This document shows positions 56,380 to 64,000 of a stretch of 64,000 bases of DNA, piece by piece. The translations under genes were made by a program, and so were the position numbers. The DNA lies in contig JABWCG010000001.1 of the NCBI GenBank assembly GCA_013359225.1, positions 134,410-198,409 of the forward strand, in the 5' to 3' direction. The stretch is from Candidatus Buchananbacteria bacterium (GTDB lineage Bacteria > Patescibacteriota > Patescibacteriia > Buchananbacterales > UBA6539). The notes beneath the pieces are model-generated. The model did no database searches, was not told the DNA's origin, and saw only the letters and a list, made by a program, of their open reading frames with translations. How positions within the stretch are numbered: position 1 is the stretch's first letter; every line of letters starts with the position of its first letter.

Positions 56380-57024
56380 ATGCTTGAACAATTATTTGGT
56401 TCAAAAACAAGGGTCAAACTTTTAAGACTTTTTTTGAATAATCCAAGTCAGCCGTATTATTTGCGGGAATTGGCGAGAAACCTTAAGACTCAGCTGAATT
56501 CGGTCCGGCGGGAGGTCACCAATCTTGAAAAGATTGGAATCATCCAGTCGGTCACGCTGGCTGATGAATCTGCCGGTGCGGCCGAAGTAGCGGACAAAAA
56601 AGGCAAAAAAAAGAAGGATCGTGGCGGCACTAAAAAATATTTTTTGGCCGATACGGAGTTTATTTTATATCCGGAGCTTAAGGCGCTTCTGCTAAAAGCT
56701 CAACTGTTATTGGAGCGTAATTTCGTTTCAAAAATTGAACGGATGGCTAACCTGAGGCTTTTTATTTTGAGCGGTGTTTTTGTTGGTATTGAAGGATTTG
56801 CCACTGATATGTTGTTAGTTGGATCAATGAATCGTAAGCGCTTGGCGACTATCGTTAAAGATTTCGAGAAAGAGCTTAATCGTAATATCAATTATACCGT
56901 GATGAGCATGCAGGAATTTAAATATCGTAAAGATATTACAGACAGATTTTTATATGACATTTTAGAGGGAAGAAAGATTGTTATCCTTGATAAACTTTCG
57001 GACGATGACGACCAAAAAGATTAG
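56380..57024 (+). CDS. Winged-HTH protein with degenerate nucleotidyltransferase-like C-terminus
   Basis: LFGSKTRVKLL, YLRELAR, SVRREV.NL; ILSGVFVG..TDMLLVG. Confidence 0.75.
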   Translation: MLEQLFGSKTRVKLLRLFLNNPSQPYYLRELARNLKTQLNSVRREVTNLEKIGIIQSVTLADESAGAAEVADKKGKKKKDRGGTKKYFLADTEFILYPELKALLLKAQLLLERNFVSKIERMANLRLFILSGVFVGIEGFATDMLLVGSMNRKRLATIVKDFEKELNRNINYTVMSMQEFKYRKDITDRFLYDILEGRKIVILDKLSDDDDQKD

Positions 57025-57811
57025 CTTCAAGAATCGGCGGGGACAAAGAATCGTCGGTTTACTCACTATACCCAAGGGCACGCCGCCGTTCCCGGCAGTG
57101 ATAGTGTGCCACGGCTTTAAAGGTTACAAAGAACAATTGCACTTGAAAACTCTGGCGCAAGAAATTTCTCGCCGGGGTTTTGTTGTGTTGCGGTTTGATT
57201 TCACCTCTGGCGTGGGGGAAAGTGATGGTCTGCTCGAAGATATTAAATTTAGCGATGAATTAGAAGATTTACGTTCAGCTATTGATTATCTCTCAAATTC
57301 TGTGCGAATAGTGGATAAGCGAAGAATCGGTCTAGCCGGCCACAGCCTGGGCGGCCAATTGATTTTTCATTATGCCTCAAGCGACAATAGAGTTAAGGCT
57401 TTGGCTGGACTGGCGGGTTCATACATTCGCGGCCGGGGCATGACTGGCCTTGAACGCCAAGCGGCTGAACAGATAGCTGGCAACAAAAAGACCAGTCACT
57501 TTTACACTACCAGCAAGAGAACAGGTAAAAAATTCAAGATAAAAATTGGTTTTTATTATGATTTGTTAAAACACGATACGCTTAAGGCTGCTAGTGAGAT
57601 TACTATTCCGGCGTTATTGTTGCACGGTACTAAAGACAGTACAGTCAGAATTGACAGCTCAAAAAAGGTTTACCGGCTAGTCCGGGGGGAAAAGCGGCTG
57701 GTTTTAGTCCCTGGTGCGCCGCACACCTGGCGCGGCAAGTCAGACCCTGGTCATAAATATCAAAGAATAATTAATCCAATCGTTGCAGATTGGTTTCAAA
57801 AATATGTATGA
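57005..57811 (+). CDS. Alpha/beta hydrolase
   Basis: HGF, RFDF.G.GES, GHSLGG, HGTKD, GAPH. Confidence 0.9.
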   Translation: MTTKKISFKNRRGQRIVGLLTIPKGTPPFPAVIVCHGFKGYKEQLHLKTLAQEISRRGFVVLRFDFTSGVGESDGLLEDIKFSDELEDLRSAIDYLSNSVRIVDKRRIGLAGHSLGGQLIFHYASSDNRVKALAGLAGSYIRGRGMTGLERQAAEQIAGNKKTSHFYTTSKRTGKKFKIKIGFYYDLLKHDTLKAASEITIPALLLHGTKDSTVRIDSSKKVYRLVRGEKRLVLVPGAPHTWRGKSDPGHKYQRIINPIVADWFQKYV

Positions 57812-58212
57812 TAATGATAATTAACACGGCCGATGAAGCGAAAGTATTTGTTGGTTTAGTTAACGATGCTAAATTGGTGTCGGCGAAGCGATTTTTAGCT
57901 CGCCATCGTCAAGCCGAAAAACTACTAGTTGCTATTGATAAAATTTTGAAACAAAATAAAGTAACATTAAGCGATTTAACGGGCGTTGCGGTAGTAACCG
58001 GTCCCGGGCCGTTTACGGCGTTGCGAATCGGCGTTGTTACCGCCAATACGCTTGCTTGGAGCTTGCAGTGCCCGGTGTTGGGGATTAAAAACGATGAATT
58101 TACGAACGACCGGTCATTGGCGAAACTAGTCAGCGAAAAAATGAAGCATCAGCAACGAGGGATTGTCGTGCCTTTTTATAATAAAGAACCTAATATAACT
58201 AAAAAGAAATGA
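57808..58212 (+). CDS. tsaB: tRNA t6A biosynthesis protein TsaB (short form)
   Basis: GPGPFTALRIG, P.Y.KEPNIT; ATGA overlap with the upstream gene. Confidence 0.85.
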   Translation: MIMIINTADEAKVFVGLVNDAKLVSAKRFLARHRQAEKLLVAIDKILKQNKVTLSDLTGVAVVTGPGPFTALRIGVVTANTLAWSLQCPVLGIKNDEFTNDRSLAKLVSEKMKHQQRGIVVPFYNKEPNITKKK

Positions 58213-58943
58213 GATACCTATTTATGGCGCTGTGCCTGCTGTTGCCGGCGGCAGTGTTCGCAGCCGATATCGATACTGACGGCGACGGGTTAACTGATAT
58301 ACAGGAAGATACCGTTTACTATACCGATAAAAACAGTGTGGATACTGACGGCGACGGGTTTAACGACAAAGATGAGTTGACTAATGGATATTCGCCGCAT
58401 ATTGGGTTTAACGAGCGGCTGATTAATGTTGATACTGATAATGACGGGCTAAACGACGGCTATGAATTGGCGCTTAGTTCTGATATTAAAAATGCCGACT
58501 CGGACGGTGATGGTTTTAATGACGGTGATGAATTTAAAAACGAGTATGATCCGACTAAGCCGGAGGCAATTAAGCTGGAAAAACGGATTGATGTTGACTT
58601 GAGTGATCAAAAATTGAATTATTATTTAGGCCCGGTCAGATTAAACGGTTTTACGGTTTCAACCGGCAAAGCCTCAACACCAACACCACTTGGGACTTTT
58701 ACGATTGAAAAAAAACACCCTAAAGCCTGGTCTAGGATGGCGGGGCTTTGGATGCCGTATTGGCTGTCATTTAATGGTGTGTATGCCATTCATGAGCTTC
58801 CTGAGTGGCCCGACGGCAGCAAGGAAGGCGCTAATCATCTTGGGGTTCCGGTTTCTCATGGGTGTGTTCGCTTAGGTATTGGTCCGGCAAAAGAAGTTTA
58901 TGACTGGGCGCCGGTTGGTACGAAACTAACTATCCATTATTAA
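58209..58943 (+). CDS. Secreted L,D-transpeptidase (YkuD) with DxDxDG repeats
   Basis: Signal peptide; four DxDxDG(L/F)xD units; VSTG, TPLG, IHELP, SHGCVRL. Confidence 0.9.
   Translation: MRYLFMALCLLLPAAVFAADIDTDGDGLTDIQEDTVYYTDKNSVDTDGDGFNDKDELTNGYSPHIGFNERLINVDTDNDGLNDGYELALSSDIKNADSDGDGFNDGDEFKNEYDPTKPEAIKLEKRIDVDLSDQKLNYYLGPVRLNGFTVSTGKASTPTPLGTFTIEKKHPKAWSRMAGLWMPYWLSFNGVYAIHELPEWPDGSKEGANHLGVPVSHGCVRLGIGPAKEVYDWAPVGTKLTIHY
58272..58360 (+). repeat. Exact 20-bp direct repeat encoding DTDGDG
   Basis: GATACTGACGGCGACGGGTT at 58272-58291 and 58341-58360. Confidence 0.85.
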
Positions 58944-59413
58944 TGGAGTACGATTTTGAAGTCACAACAACATTATCTTTTTTGATTAGAAATAATTCTG
59001 AGTTGTTGCTGACATTAAAAAAACGTGGTTTTGGTCAGGGTAAATGGAATACTCCTGGCGGAAAAGTTGAGGCCGGCGAGTCAGCTGAGGCTTCAGCAAT
59101 TCGGGAGATTAAAGAAGAGGTCGGCATTGACGTCATGTCAATTAAGAATTTGGGATTTATTGAGTTTGTCTGGCCGGCAGAAAAAAGCGAGTATAACACC
59201 CGCTGTTTTATTTTTCTGGCAACTGATTTTAGCGGTGAGGCCAAGGAATCCGACGAATGCCGGCCGGGTTGGTTTCGGTTTGACGCGATTCCATACGATC
59301 AGATGTGGGATGATGACAAACACTGGTATCCGGAGGCATTAGCTGGTAAAATGTTTAAAAAGCGTTTTTTCTTTTCGCCTGACGAGCGGGTGGTAACTAT
59401 TGAAGATATTTAG
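58943..59413 (+). CDS. Nudix hydrolase, MTH1-like 8-oxo-dGTPase
   Basis: KKRGFGQGKWN, GGKVEAGE..A.REIKEEVG Nudix box, IPYDQMWDDD. Confidence 0.9.
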   Translation: MEYDFEVTTTLSFLIRNNSELLLTLKKRGFGQGKWNTPGGKVEAGESAEASAIREIKEEVGIDVMSIKNLGFIEFVWPAEKSEYNTRCFIFLATDFSGEAKESDECRPGWFRFDAIPYDQMWDDDKHWYPEALAGKMFKKRFFFSPDERVVTIEDI

Positions 59414-59418
59414 TCTAT

Positions 59419-59799
59419 ATGGACAAAAAAAGGATTCTGGTGGTGGAGGATGACTCGGATTTGCTTAATCTGATGAATTTAAAATTGACTCAAGAAGGCT
59501 TTGAGACTGTTTTAGCCGAAACCGGCAGCCAAGCGCTAGATTTTTTGAAAAATCAGCCATTGCCTGATTTAGTTTTGCTTGATATTTTGTTGCCCGATAT
59601 TGACGGTTTAAGCGTTTTAAATGAGATTGCTAACAGTACTAAGACTAAAACGCTGCCGGTGATTATTTTAAGTAACTTGGCCGATGAAGGTTCATTTGAA
59701 CAGGCGGAAGCCATTGGGCACTATGAGTATTTAGTTAAAGCTAAAACGGATTTAAATACCGTAGTTCAAAAAGTCAGATCAAAGCTTGGTATGAAGTAA
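59419..59799 (+). CDS. Single-domain response regulator
   Basis: ILVVEDD, PDLVLLD, P.IDG, VIILSN, YLVK. Confidence 0.92.
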   Translation: MDKKRILVVEDDSDLLNLMNLKLTQEGFETVLAETGSQALDFLKNQPLPDLVLLDILLPDIDGLSVLNEIANSTKTKTLPVIILSNLADEGSFEQAEAIGHYEYLVKAKTDLNTVVQKVRSKLGMK

Positions 59800-59821
59800 T
59801 TTTTCAGGAGTAGGAAGTTAT

Positions 59822-59848
59822 ACACCCTTCAAAATAAGGGTGTTTTTT
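59822..59848 (+). terminator. Intrinsic terminator after the response regulator
   Basis: ACACCCTT/AAGGGTGT stem plus T-tract. Confidence 0.75.
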
Positions 59849-59850
59849 AA

Positions 59851-59859
59851 TTATCCACA
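59851..59859 (+). promoter_or_regulatory. Perfect DnaA box
   Basis: TTATCCACA; near-matches at 59818, 60003 and 60023. Confidence 0.5.
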
Positions 59860-59929
59860 GATTAAGTTAAATATTTGACAAAATAGCTAAAGTTTATTAA
59901 AAAAATGGCTTAAAACAAGATATTTAATA

Positions 59930-60010
59930 GTGTTGGAAAGTGGTTGACAGTAGACTAAAAGTGGATTAAAATTATATCAGAGTGGTAGAAAGTGGATGAA
60001 AGTGGGGATA
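59930..60010 (+). promoter_or_regulatory. mraZ promoter with MraZ-binding direct repeats
   Basis: TTGACA(59944)-17-TAAAAT; GTGG-type cores at 59930, 59940, 59950, 59961, 59982, 59992, 60002. Confidence 0.8.
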
Positions 60011-60080
60011 ACTAAATCAATGTGTGGACAAACGTTTAATTAGAACACAAAAAGAAAAAACGACAAATACAAAGAAAAAA

Positions 60081-60512
60081 ATGTTTATTGGAGAATATCA
60101 ACACAATATCGACCAGAAAGGACGCTTGGCGGTGCCGGCGAAGTTTCGTAAGGCCTTGTCTAAGGGAGCAGTTGTTACCAAGGGTTTGGATGACTGTCTT
60201 TTTTTGTATACCAAAGACGAGTGGAAGAAACTAGCTGATAAATTGGCGGCGTTGCCGATTTCAAAAGCTAATACCCGGGCTTTTGCTCGATTAATGCTGG
60301 CTGGTGCGATGGATGTTGATATTGATGCCCAGGGACGGATGCTGATTCCGGACTATTTACGTCACTACGCAGGGATGAGTAAAAAGGTAGTTGTTACCGG
60401 TTTGTACAACCGGCTTGAAATTTGGGATGAAGAGAAATGGAATATTTACAAGAAGGGCACCGAAACTAAGTCTGGAGATATTGCTGAAGCTTTGGGTGAA
60501 TTAGGGGTGTAA
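60081..60512 (+). CDS. mraZ: Division/cell-wall cluster repressor MraZ
   Basis: MFIGEY, IDQKGRL, DAQGR, LEIWD; start re-called to ATG 60081. Confidence 0.97.
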   Translation: MFIGEYQHNIDQKGRLAVPAKFRKALSKGAVVTKGLDDCLFLYTKDEWKKLADKLAALPISKANTRAFARLMLAGAMDVDIDAQGRMLIPDYLRHYAGMSKKVVVTGLYNRLEIWDEEKWNIYKKGTETKSGDIAEALGELGV

Positions 60513-60522
60513 TTTAAAACCT

Positions 60523-61461
60523 ATGCGTGATTTTCACGAGCCGGTATTGAGTGCGGAAGTTATTGGCTACTTGCAACCAAAGCCAGGCGGTCGGTTTATT
60601 GATTGTACCCTGGGCGGCGCCGGTCATACGGAAAATTTATTGCAACGGGTAGTTCCCGGCGGTCAGGTGTTGGGCATAGATCTTGATCCGATTGCGATTG
60701 AGGCGGCAACTAAGGCAACAGCACCGTACAAAAAAAATGTCATTTTTGTCAAAGATAATTTTAAAAACATAAACAAAATCGCCCATGTATGGAAGTTTAC
60801 TAAAATTGATGGTGTCCTACTTGACCTTGGCCTATCCAGTGGTCAACTACAGGATCAGAAACGAGGTTTCAGTTTTTTGGCCGAGGGAACGCTCGACATG
60901 CGGTTTGGAGCACAGTCAGGAATAACCGCGCGCGATATTTTAAACGAGTTTAGTCAAAGTGAATTAATTGACATTTTTAAAAACTACGGTGAAGAGCGAT
61001 TAGCCGGTCCGATCTCCAAGAAAATAATCGAGGTTCGTATGACCAGGCCATTTACTTCACCGTCGCAGCTAGTCGAAATTGTCTCGGAAATCTATCACCA
61101 GTTTTATCGGGGCAAATCCAAGACTAATCCGGCGACTAAAATCTTTCAGGCTTTACGGATTGCTGTTAATGATGAAATGAATAATTTAAAAACGGTGTTG
61201 CCGGCAGCAGTGAGTATTCTTGCTAAGGGTGGACGGCTAGCGGTGATTAGTTATCATTCTTTGGAGGACCGAACGGTTAAAGATTTTTTTCGCACAGAGA
61301 GCCGGGATTGTCTTTGCCCGCCCCAAACTCCAGTTTGTGTCTGCGGTCATAAAAAGAGTCTGCGAGTGATAACCAAAAAGCCTGTCGTGCCGACTAACCA
61401 AGAAATTATAATAAATCCTCGGGCTCGGAGTGCAAAACTTCGGGTGGCCGAAAAAATTTAG
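60523..61461 (+). CDS. rsmH: 16S rRNA m4C1402 methyltransferase
   Basis: HEPVL, DCTLGGAGH, DLGLSS, LDMR, FQALRIAVN, HSLEDR, NPRARSAKLR. Confidence 0.97.
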   Translation: MRDFHEPVLSAEVIGYLQPKPGGRFIDCTLGGAGHTENLLQRVVPGGQVLGIDLDPIAIEAATKATAPYKKNVIFVKDNFKNINKIAHVWKFTKIDGVLLDLGLSSGQLQDQKRGFSFLAEGTLDMRFGAQSGITARDILNEFSQSELIDIFKNYGEERLAGPISKKIIEVRMTRPFTSPSQLVEIVSEIYHQFYRGKSKTNPATKIFQALRIAVNDEMNNLKTVLPAAVSILAKGGRLAVISYHSLEDRTVKDFFRTESRDCLCPPQTPVCVCGHKKSLRVITKKPVVPTNQEIIINPRARSAKLRVAEKI

Positions 61462-61490
61462 ACCAAAATATTAAAACAAAAACCAAAAAT

Positions 61491-61853
61491 ATGACTAAGT
61501 TTTCTAACCTCGCTAAAAAACAGGGCATGAAAGTTAACTCCAGAAACAATAAAGCAGTAATTCGTCTTGGATTTGTCAATATCAAGATGCTTAACATTGT
61601 TTTAGGGTCGTTAGTGCTGCTGTTGACTGTTGGGTATTTGGTACAAGTTAACGGTTTGGCAGCCAAGGGGTACCAGATTAAAGAACTGGAGCAGCAAGTC
61701 AGTGATTTGCAGGAGGCTAACAGTGATTTAGAGCTTGAAACTTTAAGCCTACAATCGATGGGCCGGATTAAAGAGAAAGTAACCGGTTTGAATATGGTTG
61801 CCGTTGGCCAGCCGGAATATTTAGTCCCAACCCCAGTGGCGGTTGCCCGATAA
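61491..61853 (+). CDS. ftsL: FtsL-like cell division protein
   Basis: Basic N-terminus, one TM, coiled coil; between rsmH and the PBP gene. Confidence 0.65.
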   Translation: MTKFSNLAKKQGMKVNSRNNKAVIRLGFVNIKMLNIVLGSLVLLLTVGYLVQVNGLAAKGYQIKELEQQVSDLQEANSDLELETLSLQSMGRIKEKVTGLNMVAVGQPEYLVPTPVAVAR

Positions 61854-61933
61854 TTTTGACTTCCTAATAGCGTTTTTCTAAAATAATAATAAACCCCGTT
61901 GGTTTTCGCGGGGTTTATTTAAAAAATTAGCGC

Positions 61934-63673
61934 ATGATTGCCGAAAAAAAATCAGAAGTTTTTTCGTCCCCATTTGAGAAAAGAATGGCGCTTTTGTTTT
62001 TAGTTATCTTGTTTGTCGCGGTTGTGATTATCATCCGGTTATTCAGTCTGCAGGTGCTGCAGCATTCGTTTTATGCCGTCATGGCATCGGAACGCCAGGA
62101 AGTCTATAAAAATTTGATCGCTGAACGCGGCTCTATTTATGTGAGAGAAAAAGACCAGTTGTATCCGCTGGTGACTAACCGTGAATATTATTTAGTTTTT
62201 GCCGAGCCGTCAAAAATTGAAAGTCCAAACAAAGTTGTTGATTCAATTACCCCAATTTTAGGATTGGAAGAAGCGGAATGGAAGGAATTGCTCCCGAAAC
62301 TTGCCAAAAAAGATGATCCTTATGAACCAATTAAACGCAAAGTTACTAAAACGCAGGTTGACCAGATTAAAGCTTTGGATTTGGCGGGAATTGGCTTTTC
62401 ACCGGAAACGTATCGTTATTATCCGGAAGCGGGAATTGGCGGGCATATTTTTGGTTTTGTTAGTACTAAAGACGATAAGGCGGTTGGGCAGTATGGGCTG
62501 GAAGGATATTTTAATGAAGAATTGTCAGGTAAGTCAGGTTTGATTAAATCAATGAAAGACGCACTTGGTTCATTAATCGCCATCGGGCCGCGGTCAGTGC
62601 AACAGGCTGAAGACGGAACTGATTTAGTTTTAACAATTGACCGCAATATCCAATTTACCGCCTGCCAAAAATTGAAAGAGTTTTATGATTGGTATCAGGC
62701 CGAATCGGGAACGGTGGTGATTGCCAATCCAAAAACGGGAGCGATTTTAGCAATGTGCAGTTTCCCTGACTTTGATCCGCAAAATTATAACGAGGTTGAA
62801 AATATTAATTATTTTAATAATCCTGCTGTTTTTAGCGCGTATGAGCCAGGTTCAGTCTTTAAAACTATTACCATGTCTGCGGCCCTTAATGAGGGGAAGG
62901 TTACGCCGGAAACTACCTATGAAGATACCGGTGAACTGAAAGTGGGCCCTTATACGATTAGAAATTTTGACAACAAGGCGTATGGCGTCCAGACCATGAC
63001 TCAGGCGCTGGCGCAATCGTTAAACTTGGGCCTGGCGTTTGCGGCTGAACAAATTGGTGCGCCGGCTTTTACCAGATATGTGAAGAATTTTGGGTTTGGT
63101 AAAAACACTGGGATTGAATTAGATACAGAAATGCCTGGTGATATCAAAAATTTAGACCGCACTGGTGATGTGTATTATTTAACAGCATCTTACGGACACG
63201 GATTAACCGTCACGCCAATTCAGTTGGTGGCAGCATACGGGGCGATCGCCAATAAGGGGCTATTAATGAAGCCCTATATTGTTGCTGAAAAAATTGACAA
63301 TAAGGATAAGATTAAAACAACACAGCCAGAATCCGTCAGACAGGTAATTGATCAAAAAACAGCGGCGATTATTACTGGCATGCTCACCGAAGTGGTTGAA
63401 AGTAGCTATGACAAAAAAGCCAGAGTTCCCAACCATTATTTGGCGGCAAAAACCGGAACGGCACTGATTCCCGCATCCGGCGGCGGATATAGCAATCAGA
63501 CAATTCACACAATTGTTGGTTTTGGCCCGGTGACTGATCCGGCGTTTGTCATTTTGATTAAAATGGACAAAATCAAGCGTGGCCCAGCCTTTGCATCCGA
63601 CAGCGTCGGGCCGTTATTTAGCCGAATTGCCGAATATCTGTTAAACTATTATCAAATTCCGCCGGACTATTAA
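61934..63673 (+). CDS. ftsI: Class B penicillin-binding protein (FtsI/PBP2-like)
   Basis: RGSIY, RYYP, GLE, EPGSVFK (SxxK), SLN (SxN), KTGT. Confidence 0.9.
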   Translation: MIAEKKSEVFSSPFEKRMALLFLVILFVAVVIIIRLFSLQVLQHSFYAVMASERQEVYKNLIAERGSIYVREKDQLYPLVTNREYYLVFAEPSKIESPNKVVDSITPILGLEEAEWKELLPKLAKKDDPYEPIKRKVTKTQVDQIKALDLAGIGFSPETYRYYPEAGIGGHIFGFVSTKDDKAVGQYGLEGYFNEELSGKSGLIKSMKDALGSLIAIGPRSVQQAEDGTDLVLTIDRNIQFTACQKLKEFYDWYQAESGTVVIANPKTGAILAMCSFPDFDPQNYNEVENINYFNNPAVFSAYEPGSVFKTITMSAALNEGKVTPETTYEDTGELKVGPYTIRNFDNKAYGVQTMTQALAQSLNLGLAFAAEQIGAPAFTRYVKNFGFGKNTGIELDTEMPGDIKNLDRTGDVYYLTASYGHGLTVTPIQLVAAYGAIANKGLLMKPYIVAEKIDNKDKIKTTQPESVRQVIDQKTAAIITGMLTEVVESSYDKKARVPNHYLAAKTGTALIPASGGGYSNQTIHTIVGFGPVTDPAFVILIKMDKIKRGPAFASDSVGPLFSRIAEYLLNYYQIPPDY

Positions 63674-63680
63674 ACTACCT

Positions 63681-64000
63681 ATGAAAAGTCAATTAAAAAA
63701 AATACTTGAACAAACCTTGAGAATTTTTGCTCAGGCAATTTTGAGTAAGTACTCGCCGGAGGTGGTGGCAGTTACCGGCAGTGTCGGCAAAACCTCAACT
63801 AAAGAGGCGATTTATCAGGTGTTGTCATCAACGTATGCGGTTGGAACCAATTTAAAGAACTATAACAATGAGCTTGGGATTCCGCTTTCGATTATCGGTT
63901 CAGAGTCCGGCGGCAGATCAATTTTAAAGTGGCTGGGAGTTTTTCTTAAAGCTTTGCGGTTGCTTATTTTCAAAAGTAAAAAATATCCGAATATATTGGT
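63681..64000 (+). CDS. murF: UDP-MurNAc-tripeptide:D-Ala-D-Ala ligase, runs off the window end
   Basis: Not in the ORF track; translates MKSQLKK..VAVTGSVGKTSTKEAI..NYNNELGIPLSI. Confidence 0.88.
   Translation, partial: MKSQLKKILEQTLRIFAQAILSKYSPEVVAVTGSVGKTSTKEAIYQVLSSTYAVGTNLKNYNNELGIPLSIIGSESGGRSILKWLGVFLKALRLLIFKSKKYPNIL

Noticed and set aside
59930-60010. 10-bp periodic repeats as a mini-CRISPR or iteron array
   Set aside because: No spacers; sequence, period and position match MraZ operator repeats
1-64000. Alternative genetic code, tRNA/rRNA, prophage or retroelement
   Set aside because: TGA ends many conserved genes at expected positions; intergenic gaps are short and explained; no RT, integrase or phage genes recognised

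Overview
Compact, gene-dense bacterial chromosome segment in the standard genetic code (TGA used as stop). Gene content and style point to a Patescibacteria/CPR (Parcubacteria-like) genome; this is inference from the shortened TsaB and MurF, archaeal-type PyrH, split dcw cluster, pilus cluster without a secretin, and mostly SD-less starts. Layout: (1) 1-17.4 kb surface-glycan locus with a UDP-GlcA-decarboxylase-like SDR, a DPM-like GT2 + DUF2304 pair, GT2/GT4s, three GT-C-type membrane proteins (one AftA-like) and rmlC/B/D/A; (2) housekeeping genes murA, ctpA, acyP, rplI, pyrG, rpmA, iscS; (3) a type IV pilus cluster on the minus strand; (4) dcw block mraY-murD-ftsW-murG-[patatin]-murC-murB; (5) secA followed by a nucleotide house-cleaning-like cluster and mutM, then uppP, mltG, pyrH, L10 leader-rplJ-rplL; (6) mraZ-rsmH-ftsL-ftsI-murF, preceded by MraZ repeats and DnaA-box-like 9-mers. 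I saw no tRNA, rRNA, CRISPR array, integrase or transposase. The most unusual signal is a recurring class of self-contained orphan cassettes (near-consensus sigma70 promoter, strong Shine-Dalgarno, orphan ORF, own terminator), including a tandem pair of diverged paralogues with related terminators, set among core genes that are mostly SD-less or leaderless. Other candidates for new biology: an AftA-like lipid-linked pentose glycosylation route, a patatin translationally coupled inside the mur operon, an NDT-like + two NTP-pyrophosphatase + Fpg cluster, and back-to-back promoters sharing one TTGTCAA. All calls are from motif reading by eye; no database searches were run.
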